Of a stretch of DNA of 64,000 nt, positions 12,807 through 27,005 are shown piece after piece; position 1 is the first letter of the stretch; every line of letters starts with the position of its first letter. The notes under the pieces were generated by a model. That model was not told the DNA's origin and made no database searches. It was given only the letters and a program-made list of their open reading frames with translations. The stretch is from Mobula hypostoma. Its lineage: Eukaryota. A program made the translations under genes and the position numbers. Location of the stretch: the NCBI RefSeq assembly GCF_963921235.1, contig NC_086097.1, positions 142,168,001 through 142,232,000 on the forward strand. Direction: 5' to 3'.

Positions 12807-13910
12807 CATAGAAACATAGAAAATAAGTGCAGGAGTAGGCTATTCAGCCCTTTGAGCCTGCATCACCATTCAGTACAATCATGGTTGATCATCCAACTCA
12901 TAACCCTGTAGCTGCCTTCTCTCCATACCCCCTGATCCCTTTAGCCACAAGAGCCATATCTAACTCCCTCTTAAGTATAGCCAATGAACTGGCCTCAACT
13001 GTTTCCTGGGGCAGAGAATTCCACAGATTCACCACTCTCTGTGTGAAGATTTTTCTCATCTTGGTCCTAAAAGGCTTCCCCTTTATCCTTAAACTGTGAC
13101 CTCTCGTTCTGGACTTCCCCAACATCGGGAACAATCTTCCTGCATCTAGCCTCTCCAATCCCTTTAGAATTTTATACGTTTCAATAAGATCCCCCCTCAA
13201 TCTTCTAAATTCCAGCGAGCCTAGTCGATCCAGTCTTTCGTCATATGAAAGTCCTGTCATCCCAGGAATCAATCTGGCGAACCTTCTTTGTACTCTCTCT
13301 ATGGCAAGAATATCTTTCCTCAGATTAGGGGACCAAAACTGCACACAGTACTCCAGGTGTGGTCTCACCAAGGCCTTGTACAACTGCTGTAGTACCTCCC
13401 TGCTCCTGTACTCGAATCCTCTTGCTGTGAATGCCAGCATACCATTCGCCTTTTTCACCGCTTGCTGTACCTGCATGCCCACTTTCAATGACTGGTGTAT
13501 AATGACACGCAGGTCTCGTTGCACCTCCCCTTTTCCTAATTGGCCACCATTCAGATAATAATCTGTTTTCCTGTTCTTGCCACCAAAGTGGATAACCTCA
13601 CATTTATCCACATTAAATTGCATCTGCCATGAATTTGCCCACTCACCTAACCTATCCAAGTCACCCTGCATCCTCTTAGCATCCTCCTCACAGCTAACAC
13701 TGCCGCCTAGCTTCGTGTCATCCGCAAACTTGGAAATGCTGCATTTAATTCCCTCGTCTAAACAACTGGGGTCCCAGCACTGAGCCTTGCGGTATCCCAC
13801 TAGTCACTGCCTGCCATTCTGAAAAGGTCCCGTTTATTCCCACTTTTTGCTTCCTGTCTGCCAACCAATTCTCTAGCCACATCAATACCAAACCCCCAAT
13901 ACCGTGTGCT
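12807..13910 (-). mobile_element. CR1 LINE 3' portion (RT C-terminus + tail)
   Basis: ORF 12898-13800 contains ISKFADDTKLGG, WQMQFNVDKCEVIHFG, LVRPHLEYCVQFWSP, RLRGDLIETYKI. (TTTCTATG)n tail at 12807-12822. Confidence 0.93.
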
Positions 13911-16458
13911 TATTGCCGTGACCTTCTGAGTTTTTCCCCAATGTTCTCTATTTTCAGACTTTAGACAAAGCAATGTAATCTCACACTTCCAGCATTGGCT
14001 TTTCCTCTCACTCCTGGTCTCATTCATCGCCTTCCACTTACAGTTTCTCCTCCAGAGACATCAGCTGCAATCAACAAACCAGAGATCCCTGCCAGCTGGC
14101 ACAACTATTATCATTCAATCTCTCATCCTCTCACACAAATTTCTTCTGCTATCTTCTCTAAAATATATAAGCATATCTGATTTCTAAATCTTTGTACTTC
14201 TGATGAAAAATCTTCAATCTAAAAGAGGCAATTTCCCCCCCCCCAACAATTTTCCCTAATTTGCTATTTTCAGCGTTCTTTTATTTTGTCTTGGAACCCC
14301 TATCTTAGCTCTCATGTGTGATAACAGGACAAAGTGCATTTTGATATGTATATACATGTTGAAGAGCTGGAGTTTTTTTTCTGGAGCATATTTTCCTGCA
14401 GAATATTTACTTTTTTTCTTTTTAAATCTTTTTATTAAATAAGTATACAAAAAGGTAAGCCATATAGGCACTAATACACTGTTAGAATATAATAAAATTA
14501 CAGGAAATAGTAATACAGAAAAAAAGTGATACAAGCAATGTAATTTAAACATAACATACTAAGGTAACATAATAGTATACTAATATATCTCAATAGAGAA
14601 AAGGAAACCCCCCCCCAAAAAAAACCCCACCGTGCAACTAACTAAAAGCAAAGCAAAGCAATGGGCTAACTTGGAACCAAGTAGAGTTAAAGAACTTAAA
14701 ATCACGTCCTCAAACCCGACCTCCATTAAAAACAGTAAAAAAAAACAAGGGTATATAAATATGGAGCAAAAAAGAGAAGAAAAAAAAATTACATTAAATG
14801 AAAATATTGAATAAAAGATCTCCAGGTCTGTTCAAATTTAAGTGAGGAATCATAAAGATTGCTTCTAATTTTCTCCAAATTCAAGCATATCATCATCTGA
14901 GAAAACCAAAAGAAGGTGGTTGGAGCATTAAGCTCTTTCCAATGTTGTAAGATACATCTTTTTGCCATTAAAGTAAGAAATGCGATCATTCTACGGGCTG
15001 AAGGAGAAAGATTACTGGAAATTTTAGGTAGTCCAAAGATAGCAGTAATAGGATGAGGAGAGATATCTATATTCAATACCTTTGAGATAATATTAAAAAT
15101 GTCTCTCCAAAAAGATTCCAGAGTAGGACAAGACCAAAACATATGAGTTAAAGAGGCTATCTGCCCCGGACATCTATCACAAAAAGGATTAATATGAGAA
15201 TAAAAGTGAGCTAATTTATCTTTGGACATATGTGCTCTATGAACAACTTGAAATTGAATTAGGGAATGTTTAGCACAGATAGAGGAAGTATTGACTAATT
15301 GTAAAATCTGCCCCCAACCATCCACGGAAATGATAGACCCCAATTCCTGTTCCCAATCTACCCTAATCTTATCAAATGGAGCTTTCCTAAGTTTCATAAT
15401 AATATTATAAATCATAGCCAATGCACCTTTCTGACATGGATTAAGGTTAATTATAGCATCTAAAATGTATGTAGGAGGAAGCATTGGAAAAGAAGAAAGT
15501 ATAGTACTTAGGAAATTTCTAACTTGTAGATATCTAAAAAAATGTATACTTGATAAATTATATTTATTAGATAATTGTTCAAAAGACATAAGGGAACCAT
15601 CTAAAAATAAATCCAAAAACCGTGAAATACCCTTAGTCTTCCAAATTTGAAAAGCACGATCCAAAAAGAGGGAGGAAAAAATATGTTACCTAAAATAGGA
15701 ATTGCTAGCCCAAATTGGTTAAGATCAAAAAATTTTCTGAATTGACACCAAATACGTAAGGTATATTTAACTATCGGGTTAGATATCTGTTTGAGGCGTT
15801 TCAAATCAAAAGGAAGAGAGGAACCTAAAATAGAGCCGAGTGTATAGCCCTGAACAGATTGTAATTCCAATGCAACCCATTTAGGAATGGATAGTATATC
15901 CTGGTCAAGTAACCAAAATTTCATGTGTCGAATATTAATTGCCCAATAATAGAATCTAAAGTTAGGTAATGCTAAACCTCCATCTCTCTTAGCTTTCTGT
16001 AAATGTATTTTACCCAGTCTCGGGTTTTTATTTTGCCAAATAAATGAAGAAATTTTTGAGTCAACTTTATCAAAAAAAGATTTTGGAACAAAAATCGGTA
16101 ATACCTGAAATATATATAGAAATTTTGGCAGAAAAAAATCTTAACTGCATTAATATGACCAATCAAAGTTAAATATAAAGAAAACCATTTAGATGAAAGT
16201 TGAATAATATGGTCAATTAAGGGTAAAAAGTTAATCTTAAATAAATCTTTGTATTTACAAGTAATTTTAATTCCAAGATATGAAAAATAATTATTAATCA
16301 ATTTAAACGGAAAGTTATGATATAAGGGAAGTTGTTTATTAATCGGGAAAAGTTCACTCTTACTAAGATTTAATTTATAACCTGAAGAGAGACTAAATTG
16401 TGCTAATAACTCTAAAACAGCAGGGATAGATTTTTGAGGATTAGAAATATATAAAAGT

Positions 16459-19400
16459 GGAGAGTGTTTTTTTTCTACTAGAGAAAAATGCAAACCGAAT
16501 TGGTAAAAATAATTTCCTATAATGTTAAGGGGGTTTTGAATCCAATTAAAAGAAATAAGATTATGTCTAAATTGAAAAAAGAGAGGGCACAAATAGCTTT
16601 CCTCTAGGAAACACATATGAGCCAATCTGAACATGGAAAATTAAAAAGAATGGGCTTTAGGCATGTATTTTATTCATCATATAAATTGAGTCACAAAAGA
16701 GGGGTAGCTACTTTAATATCAAGTACTCTTAATTATGAACATATTTCAGAGACTAGAGACAAAGAAGGACGGTTCGTAAAAATCACAGGAAGAATAAAAG
16801 GTACAGAAATAACATTGCTGAATGTTTATGCTCCTCCAGGTTGTGAATGGTCATTTTATAGACACATTTTTGACCTAATGGTCAGTTCTCAAGGGGTAGT
16901 AATTTGTGGAGGGGATTTTAATATTAGATTAAATCCTATATTAGATTCTTCAAGAATAGTTACTCAGAATAAACCTCTGACTTGGAAAGTGAATTCATTG
17001 ATGGAGGAGTTGGGAATTATAGATGTCTGGAGGGAATTACACCCTACTAGTAAAGATTATACATATTACTCTTTCCCTCATTCAGCCTATTCAAAGGTAG
17101 ACTATTTCTTTATCTTTAATACAGATAGACTCAGGATAAAAAACTGTAATATTGCAACAATTGATCTGTCAGATCATAGCCCAGTCTCTATGTCTCTAAT
17201 CCTGGAAAGGAAAATGAGGAAAACACTATGGAGGCTAAACTCACATATACTCAATAACCCGAAAGTAATGGAGAGATTAAGGGGAGAAATCAAAGAATAT
17301 CTAGACCTTAATGACACGGGAGAAACATCACCAGTGATCTTATGGGATACATTGAAAGCTGTACTGAGAGGGAAAATTATTTCCATTACCACTCACATGA
17401 AAAAAATCAATGCACAAAAATTAGCAGACCTTCAAGGAAAATTAAAACAACTTCAAGTTGTAGATAGCAACAAAAGTAATTCAAATCGAAAACAGGAAAT
17501 TAGGAAATTGCAAAGTGAAATTGACGATATTTATACGTTGGAAACTCAAAGAAATTTTCTTTACCTGAGACAAAAGAATTATGAAGTAGGAGGTAAATCA
17601 GCTAGATTATTAGCATATAAATTACGAAAACAACAAGCAGACAATACAATTCATAAAATAAAGAATCCAAAGACGAAGCTTGTGGAGAGTACAATAGGGA
17701 AAATTCAAGAGAGTTTTGAAACATATTATCGAGAGCTGTACTCCCAACCCCGGGCCCCCAATGAGCCCTATATAGACAGGGTATTGAATTTTTTAGATCT
17801 ACCTAAACTTACAGATTTACAAAATGAAAGTTTATTAGAACCAGTAACTGTCAAAGAACTGAATGTGGCCATCTCTAGGTTAAAGGCTGGAAAGTCCCCG
17901 GGTTCTGATGGGTTTACCTCAGAGTGGTACAAGTCCCTGAAGACACAGTTAGCCCCATTACTACTTAACACCTTTAATTGGATCTTGCAGAGAGGAGAAA
18001 CTCCACCTTCCTGGAGAGAAGCGATTATTTCAGTTATTCCTAAAGAGGGTAAAGATAAACTAGAATGTGGCAATTATCGGCCAATTAGTGTTCTTAATTT
18101 AGATTACAAACTATTTACATCTATATTAGCGCGCAGATTGGAAAAGTTTTTACCTGGCCTAATCCACTTAAGACCATACTGGATTTATTCAACAAAGACA
18201 AACACAGGACAACATAAGGAGAACTCTGCACATATTAGAACAGGTTAATAAGAACGAGACAGAGACAATGGTAGTAGGATTGGACGCTGAGAAAGCTTTT
18301 GCTTCGGTTAGTTGGGCATTCCTATACAGAGTGTTAGGAAGATTCGGCTTTCAAGAAAAGTTTATTAAAGTAATTCAGACTCTATATGACAGCCTACAGC
18401 CCGAATTAAGATAAATGGGGACCTCTCTGACTCCTTCATCTTAGAGAGAGGCACTAGACAGGGATGCCCAATTTCTCCTCTCCTTTTTGCGCTATATATT
18501 GAACTGCTTGCCCAACTAATAAGACAGAGTGAAATCGTAAAAGGTATCAAGGTGGCAGGGATTGAACAGAAAGTGGCGTTATTCGCAGATGATGTTTTGG
18601 TCTATCTGAGTGAACCAGAAAAATCATTTATAGGATAGTTTACACTGTTGGATGACCTTGGGAAAATATCAGGTTATAAAATAAATGTAAAGAAACGCAG
18701 GTTATGTCCCTAAATTATACACCATCCAAAAAATTGCAGGATACATACGATCTTAAGTGGGAGGCTAAATCATTAAAATATTTAGGAATAACCCTGCCGA
18801 AGGATCTTTCAACACTGTCACAGGTAAATTATGGGCCATTAATCGCAGAGATAAAAGCAGATATGCATAGATGGAATCTTATCCCCTTTTTAAGTTTAAA
18901 TTCAAGGATAAATACTATAAAAATGAATATTCTTCCTCGGTTATTGTATCTTTTCCGTACTTTACCGGTGGAGGTGGATGATAATCAATTCAGGGAATGG
19001 GACAAATGGATTTCCCGCTTCATTTGGCAAGGAAAGAAACCTAGAATTCGATATAACACCTTACAGTTAGGGAAGGAAGGAGGAGGTATGGTTCTTCCTT
19101 GCCTGAGAAATTATTTTTATGCCTCACAGATAACCCCTCTGTTATATTGGTATAATAGGGAATATAAGGCTAGATGGAAGGAAATAGAATTTGGATTAGT
19201 TGACAGTTTTCCTCTACAGTCCTCAATAGCTGACAAAGGATTGATGGCCCAGTTGGAAAAATTTAAAAACAGTTGGATAAATCTTACATTAAAAGTATGG
19301 CAGAAGGTGGTTAATTCATGTGGAATTAATAACATGTTAAAACTCTTTAGATGGTGTACATATGATACCGAATTCCTTCCCAACAGAGGAGATAAAAGAT

Positions 19401-20833
19401 TTGAGCTATGGATAAAGAAAGGTCTTACAACCTACCTCTCATTTATAGATAAAAGAGTATTACAAAGTTTCCAAATCCTGCAGGACAAACATGGCCTAGA
19501 ACATAATGACTTTTTTAGGTACCTTCAAGTATGAAACTATGTTAACCAGAGTTGTAGATATACAGACCTATCAACAGTAGAATTAGAATTTTTCAAGATA
19601 CTGAATTCGGCTTGCAGTTCAATACCTAGTAAATCAGTTTCTCGATTATATAATGCACTCTCCCATGCTAAAAATGTAAATACACTGTATATTAAAGAGA
19701 AGTGGGAGAAAGAAGCGGGGTTGGTACTTTCAGAGGAGGCTTGGGGGAAAAATCTGCAGCTTTCAATGGTCCTCGACTAATTCTTTGACTTGGAGAGAAC
19801 ATTGTTGGAAAAACATTATAAGATACTTCAAGACCCCATTATCAGGAAAAATATAAAGATACAAATGTGATGTGTTGGAGAAGGTGCGGCTCCAAGGAGG
19901 CAAATCATTTTCATATTTTCTGGGATTGCCCTAAATTAAGTCTATTTTGGGAAGGTATTCATAGAACATTAGTTAAGGTACTTAGGTCCCAGATACCTCT
20001 GAACTTTGAGACGCTCTATTTGGGACATGTATTGTTCCTTGAACAGAAGGAAGATATAAAGTCGCTGCAGGCCCTCTTAGCGGCAAGTAAGAAATCAATC
20101 ACTAGAAAATGGCTAAATCCAATACCGCCTACATTAGAAGATTGGTACGAAATTATCTTGGAAATATTTAAAATGGAAAAGTTGACTTACTCCCTGAGAA
20201 TTCAAAAAGAAAAATTTTATCAAATCTGGAATAAATGGATTGAATATATAACCCCAATGTGAGCAGACTTTAGATGACTCTCCTAATGATTTATACTGCT
20301 CTTCTCATCAACACAGTAATATTGCTAACGTAAGCACCCCTAGTCTAAATGTCTGTTTTTTTTTGTTTTCTTTTGGAAAATAGAGAATTAACACAAGTAA
20401 AGGGAAAGATTTGGGAAAGGGATAAAAGAAAATGAAAAAATTAAGTAAATAAGTACATAGGGATTGGATAATTATGTCTGCAGGAGCAAGCATGAACAAA
20501 TTAGGATATAAACACCTACAATGGTTGGTACATAGGCTTATATACAACATTTTGGACCAGTGGAAATGGTCCAGAAGGGTTATATGGAAACTATTATTAC
20601 CATTTTTCTTAACAACTAATTCCATTACTTAGCCTAATAGGTTAGATTTACCACAGTACATAATTATCTATTTAAGTGTTTACTTTCCTTTTATATCATC
20701 TCAATGTGTACTTAAGAATGTATAAATAATTGTAGTTTTATACATATAAAAAAATGGAAAAGGTTATATGTGTGAAAAAAGTACATGATATTTGTGAATT
20801 CCTTATCCAAATAAAAATAAAATTAAAAAAAAA
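16459..20833 (+). mobile_element. Nested L1-clade LINE (inner), 5'-truncated just upstream of ORF2
   Basis: 16-bp TSD AGAAATATATAAAAGT (16443-16458/20834-20849). AATAAA and poly(A) at about 20810-20834. Confidence 0.95.
16488..20262 (+). pseudogene. Inner L1 ORF2 (endonuclease-RT), complete length with a few stops and frameshifts
   Basis: [102 protein letters not shown]. Confidence 0.93.
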
Positions 20834-23639
20834 AGAAATATATAAAAGTAAGTCATCAGCATAGACTGATATTTTATGGGACTTTAAGCCCCGAGTTATC
20901 CCAGTAATATTTGGAGATTCTCGAATGGCAATTGCAAGAGGTTCTAATGCAATATCAAATAATAAAGGACTAAGAGGACAACCTTGTGAGTACCTCGAAA
21001 AAGAGGAAAAAAAGGTGAGCTTAGAGAGTTAGTATGGACCGAGGTCACAGGAGAATGATATAACAGTTTGATCCAGGATATAAATTTCGAGCTAAAATTA
21101 AACATTTCAAGCACCTTAAATAAGTAAGGCCATTCTACTCTATCAAAAGCTTTCTCAGCATCTAAAGAGATAACACACTCAGGAACATTTTGTGAGGGGG
21201 TATAAACAATATTTAACAGTGTGCGAATGTTATAAAAAGAGTAACGACCTTTAATAAAACCTGTTTGGTCTTCCGAAATAATAAAAGGAAGTACTTTTTC
21301 TAATCTGTTTGCTAATAACTTAGAAAAAATTTTAGAATCAACATTTAATAAAGATATTGGTCTATAAGATGCACATTGAGCAGGATCTTTATCCTTCTTT
21401 AATATTAGAGAGATTGACGCTCTATTGAAAGGTTCGGGAAGTTTACCAAGTTTTAATGAAGCTTCGAAAACCCTACAGAACCAAGGGATTAATGAAGGTG
21501 CAAAACATTTATAAAATTCTACGGTAAACCCATCAGGGCCAGGAGCTTTCCCCAAGTTCATAGAGGAAATAACATTCTTAATCTCATCAGTGGTAATGGG
21601 AGTATCTAGCATAACCTGTGAAATCTCAGGGAAGTCTAGGTTATCTAAAAAATCATTCATATATTTAGAGTCTCGAGGAGACTCTGATTGATATAAGGAA
21701 GAATAAAAATCAAAGGAGGTTTGATTAATCCCCGCATGATCAAGTATCAGTCGGTCATTTTGATTATAAATCTGATTAATTTGAGATTTAGCATAATTAG
21801 ACTTCAATTGGTTAGCCAACAGTTTGCCAATTTTGTCACTGTGTACATAAAATTCACTTCTTGTTTTCTTTAATTGGTTTACAATCGAGGACGAAAGTAA
21901 TAAACTGTGTTCCATTTGAAGTTCAGTTCTTTGTTTATATAACTCCTCAGAGGGAGCTGTAACATATTTCTTATCAATTTCCTTAATCTTGTCCACAATT
22001 ACCAACTCCTCCTGCTTCAGCTTCTTCCTCAAAGCAGCAGAATACGAAATAATCTGACCATGAATATAAGCTTTACAAGTATCCCAAAGAATGTTCACAG
22101 AAATATCCTCTGTATAGTTGATTGTAAAAAAAAGATCAATCTGTTCATTCATAAAGTTAACAAAGTCCGAGTCCTGAAGCAACAGCGAATTAAAACGCCA
22201 TTGTCTATTATTTTGTGTATTGGCCTAAATTTTAATAGAAAGCTTAAGTGGAGCATAATCCAAAATGGTTATAGTCATAATCACATTTAATCACTGAAGA
22301 AATAAGACAAGAGTCAATAAAGAAATAATCAATTCTTGAATAGAAATGATGAACATGTGAAAAAAAAGAAAAATCTTTTTCCTGAGGATGCAAAAAACGC
22401 TAAATGTCCGTCGACCCAAAATCAGAGAGGAATGAATTAATCAAAGTTGCAGATTTATTAGGTAAGGTCCATAGAGGAGCCGAACGGTCCAAAGCTGGAG
22501 ATAAACAGGTATTAAGATCTCCGCCCCAGATCAATGAAAACTCATTCAAATTCAGGAACTGATTGAATAATGATTTATAAAATTCTGGACAGTCCATATT
22601 GGGAGCATAAACATTAACCAAAACTACCTTTTTTATTAAATAGTAGACCACTAACCAGTAGAAATCTACCATTCGGATCAGAGATAATATCATGTTGTAT
22701 AAAAGTAACTGAGGAGTCTATAAAAATAGAGACGCCTCAAATCTTAGCGTTAGAGTTCGAATGAAACTGTTGGTCCTTCCAGAATTTAAAAAAACGTAAT
22801 CTGTCCCCCCCTCCGCACATGGGTCTCTTGTAAAAATAAAATTTGTGCTTTAAGTCTCCGGAACACTTTAAAAACTTCTTTCCTTTTAATAGGATGGTTA
22901 AGACCATTAGTATTCCAGGAGACAAAATTAATAATACACTCCATAAACCCTAAAGTCAACCCGCAACAAGGAGGATTGACGATAGGCTCAACCCACGAAC
23001 CCGGAAAGGGAACAGAACAAATAAGAGATACCGGGAAGGAGAACGCAACCAATACTTCAATAGTATACATAGCCCATGAAGAAAAAAACTAAAACGTGAA
23101 GCCCCTCCCACCACCCTCACCCCATGACCCCAAGGCTAAATCTAACACAGACCAGCCAGAAAGAAGCAAGCACTAAAACTACCCCCATGACTTCCGATAG
23201 ATGCTCCCTAAAAAAAAGTGTAAATATAAAAAAGATCAGCTAGTTATAAAACAGTAAAAGAATAAAAAAAGTAAATCAATTAAAACAAACACTTAATATA
23301 ACAGAGAAAAAACCAGAAAATATAAAAACCACAACAAACCCCAGAACCTATGAATAAACAAAAAAAGAAATGAAATTATTAACATAAACTAGTTATGAAA
23401 ACCTACAAAAAAAAGATTTAAAAACTACAAAATTTAAAGCCTCAAAGGAAATACGTAGAATGACGTTGAGGGAATAACCACCCAGAATCCCCTGGGAAAA
23501 AGAAAGGAATGACGCAGATAGAAAGAAAGTTTAGCAACCATATTAATTAATCAAAAATAAACTTTTCTGCCCATATAAGGCAAAAAAAATTAAGGCTGAC
23601 AAATTCACGACCTCCGATCAAACGGAGATAGTTAAAAAT

Positions 23640-24490
23640 TACGATTAAGATGTCGAAGGTGAAAATTGATCCAGATAATTCTGGGCATCCGATGGAGATT
23701 CAAAAAAAACGGAGGGCTCCATCCAACGTACGAATCCTTAGACGTGTTGGGTAAAGCAGCGCTGGTTTTAAATCCATCTTGTAGAGTTCCAACATCACAG
23801 ATCTGTAACGAACCCGCTGATCCCGAATTGATTTGCTGAAATCCTCCACGAATCGGAACTTCAGATCCAAAAAATCAATGTAACCTTTAGATCGAACGAA
23901 ATGAAACAGTTTCTCCTTGTCTTGAAAGTAATGAAAACGTAAGATGACATGTCGAGCTTTATCTGACTTAGACGAATATGATGGAACTCTGTGAACACGA
24001 TCCAGTAACGGTGGTTGGTCAGGAAATACAGTAGGAAATGCATCTTTTAAAAGTTGAGAAAAATACTTCATAGGGTTATCAGATTCAACAGCTTCACGCA
24101 CCCCGATCATTCGAAGATTCTGCCGTCGCATTCTGGATTCTAAGTCAGAGTTTTTAAAGGTCAGAGAGTCAAGTTTCTTCTTCATTACATTAATTGTTTC
24201 TTCAATTTTCTCCATCTTGAGTTCATTTTGTTGCGTGGATTTTTGAAGATCAGATATAGCCGACTGATGTTCCGTAATAGATATTTGTATCTTATCGATT
24301 GAATCGGCAATTTTCTGAAATTAATTGAAATTTCCGCACGAATCAGCTCCGTAATAGAGGTTGAAATTTCCCTTTGAGTTAGATCCGATATAGCTTTCAA
24401 AGTCACCGGTGGTTCAGTCAGAGGAAAATCGGTACCTTTCGGTCTAACCGGAGGTTTGCCGTCCTTCCCGTTTTTTCCATTCTTAGACAT
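23640..24490 (-). pseudogene. Outer L1 ORF1 (coiled coil + RRM-type RNA-binding region), frameshifted
   Basis: MSKNGKNGK start. DLESRMRRQNLRMIG, LDRVHRV, HVILRFHYFQDKE, LLYPTRLRI are typical of L1 ORF1p. The 3' boundary is approximate. Confidence 0.85.
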
Positions 24491-26985
24491 AGCAGACCTT
24501 AAAAGCATCTGATTATCAAAGAGCCCAATTTATTTCAAAATATTGTAAAAGTCGATGCCTTAATGGTTAATTAAAATATAGCTGATCATAAGAAGAAAAA
24601 CTCAGAGGTAATGGAGCGAGTCAAGAACACGACTTCACTCCATGAGCTCTACCGGAAGTCCTCAGAATATTTAAAGAGAAATTCAATAAGCTTGTTCAAA
24701 ATAATGAAGAGCTCTGACACACTAACTAGTGAGAAATAATCTCCTCCAGAAAAGAACTCAGCAACCAGATGCCATTGATTTAAAATAATTGGCCGAAGAA
24801 CTAAAGAATTACTTTCATGCAGAATGGTGTTAGAATGTATTACACACCGCCTGAAAAGAATTTCTGAAGTCATTTTTCCTCTTAACTTGATAAATTTGGA
24901 AGAATTCTGAGAAAAATGTAGAGGTGCTGGAATAAATTGAGCAGTTCTGTTAAAGCTCTTGCACAAGTCCAACTGACAAAATGCACACCTTGAAGATCTG
25001 TAAGATTCAATGATTAATTTAAATTTCTACATTAAGTACAGAATTAGGCCATTTGGTCGCTCAAGTCTGCAACACGTTTCAACAAGATCAGCGATCAAAC
25101 TACAGATTCACGACCATCATCCTGTCTCCTGTATCTGCTTGGAGCTATCATCTCTTTGCGGGCCATGCTGTCATACAGTTTTGTTGTTCCCGTCTTCTCC
25201 ATGTTATTTTTCCCTTTCCTAAATCTATGATATCACCTGCCATTGTGTGTCTAATCCTAGGACAGTACCCTCATTGTTTGGGCACACTCAAAAATCCGCA
25301 AGAAGATGCACTCCCTTAATTTCAAGTACCTGAGGCTTACTCTTCTTTCTCCTCATTGTTCCACGTCCTGCACTGATAATTAAATCAGCTCTCCAGTCAT
25401 AGGCAAAGGTAGATCAATTATCGATACTGACAACCCTATGTCCACTAACATTTCACTTTGCCAGCCTCCTAATAAATCCTTTGTGCACATCCATGGGTGA
25501 CCAGTACTGACAATGAATGCTGCAGTCAGCTGTTTGTTTGAACTGGATACTGTTCTCACTAGCTCTATAATCTGATCATCAGTCAAATCGAATGGAGAGA
25601 GTGCTGCTCTGGTGTCTCCCTGTTTTGGTGAGTGACTCTCAAACCTTTCTCTCTTTTAAGGATACAGTCTCCAACTATAGCCTAGGGGCCACAGCTTTAT
25701 CATATCATCTAATTTACCCTTCAATGGCTACTCCAGCACTCCCTTATTAGGTGTCCTGGTCGCTGGCTCAGAAACCACATACTCTGCATCTTCACAGTAG
25801 CCACATTCACTACAGCCACTTTATGACTTCTTTTCCTCCTCCTTTGATCTATCTCCCCAGCCCATGATACTACTGCGGGTAGGTCGATCCCACTGTTACT
25901 CCCAGATATAAAACTTCCTAGTCGGATGAGCTCAGGCCTTCCTTCAGCATTTTCAGGAAGACAGGATCAGCCCTCCATGGATTGACCAACCCTGAGTATT
26001 CTTCATCTGCTCGATATTCACACTCTGCATAATCCATGGCAGATTCATCAGCTCTCTGAACCACTGACATTATCATTCCCAAGTTACACTCACTTCCCCC
26101 TTAAAGAAGCAAAATCTTTCATCATTATTGGCATTCCCAGTGGTTGCCCATGTACCATCCTGCACTCCCTAGGCCGTACCATCCTACATGTTCCTCAGGC
26201 ATTTCGCTTTTACCAACTCATGTACAAACGTTTGTATAACTTTTGGGTGCATTTGGTGAATTTCAATAATTTCTTCAAGCTCGTGACAGAATTTTGAAAT
26301 CCCATAGCAATCTCAAGTGAGGGCAGCTCTGAAGAATGTTCTGCTTCTCATTGGGGAATGAAGGGTATGTGAACAGTGGGAATTGATGCTTATGGCTGGC
26401 TGGAGTCACTGCGATTCTCAACCTGCCATTGCCTGACCTCAACAGGTGCCATCTCAACAGATATACCTGGGTATAACCTCTCCTTACATATTTTTACATT
26501 AATTCCCACACTACGCAAAATATTAGGGATGGATAAAAATTAAACAGTACATACTTAAAACCACGGAGTACGTATTCTGCAATCTTCCACTTCTGTGCCG
26601 CCGAACTCATGATGCTGGTAGTATTCCCTTTCATATAAAAGTCTATACCGTAAAGTTTAAAACTTATTCTTAAAAACACTAACACACTACAAATAAGTAC
26701 ACTGCTATAGAGTATCCTGAATGAGCATACCACACTCCTCTAGTGTCTTGAATAGTCAGTGGCCACCTCTGAACTGGTGGCCCTGCCTCACCGTGCTACC
26801 GAATACTGTCACTTACACAAACACACTTGCACGTGCACACACTCACTTTTATATCTAGCAGTTCAGCTCTCTGCCAGGTTCTTTGATACTTCATGATCCT
26901 GTGCTTGTTGACCTGACCAGATCCAAACATGGGTGCTACTCTTAAAAACACCTAAGTCACTGGTCACATAGTAGGTCACGAATGC

Positions 26986-27003
26986 ATCCTGAACAAGCCG
27001 CCA
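26986..27003 (-). promoter_or_regulatory. Primer-binding site, tRNA-Pro-like
   Basis: TGGCGGCTTGTTCAGGAT begins 2 nt inside the LTR end (CAACA-TT-TGG). It matches the tRNA-Pro PBS TGGGGGCTCGTCCGGGAT at 14/18; two mismatches are CpG-type transitions. Confidence 0.7.
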
Positions 27004-27005
27004 AA

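Larger units (their letters stand above)
14789..22944 (-). pseudogene. Outer L1 ORF2 (APE endonuclease, RT, C-terminal Cys domain), frameshifted and split by the nested L1
   Basis: [97 protein letters not shown]. Confidence 0.92.
14410..24662 (-). mobile_element. Full-length L1-clade LINE (outer; about 5.86 kb once the nested L1 is removed), decayed
   Basis: 11-bp TSD CAGAATATTTA (14399-14409/24663-24673). 5' end AGGACTTCCGGT, ORF1 and ORF2 remnants, AATAAA plus A-rich tail at 14410-14436. Confidence 0.93.

Noticed and set aside
15972..16634. 220-aa ORF
   Set aside because: Chimeric: antisense of the inner L1 fused to the outer L1 RT across the insertion junction.
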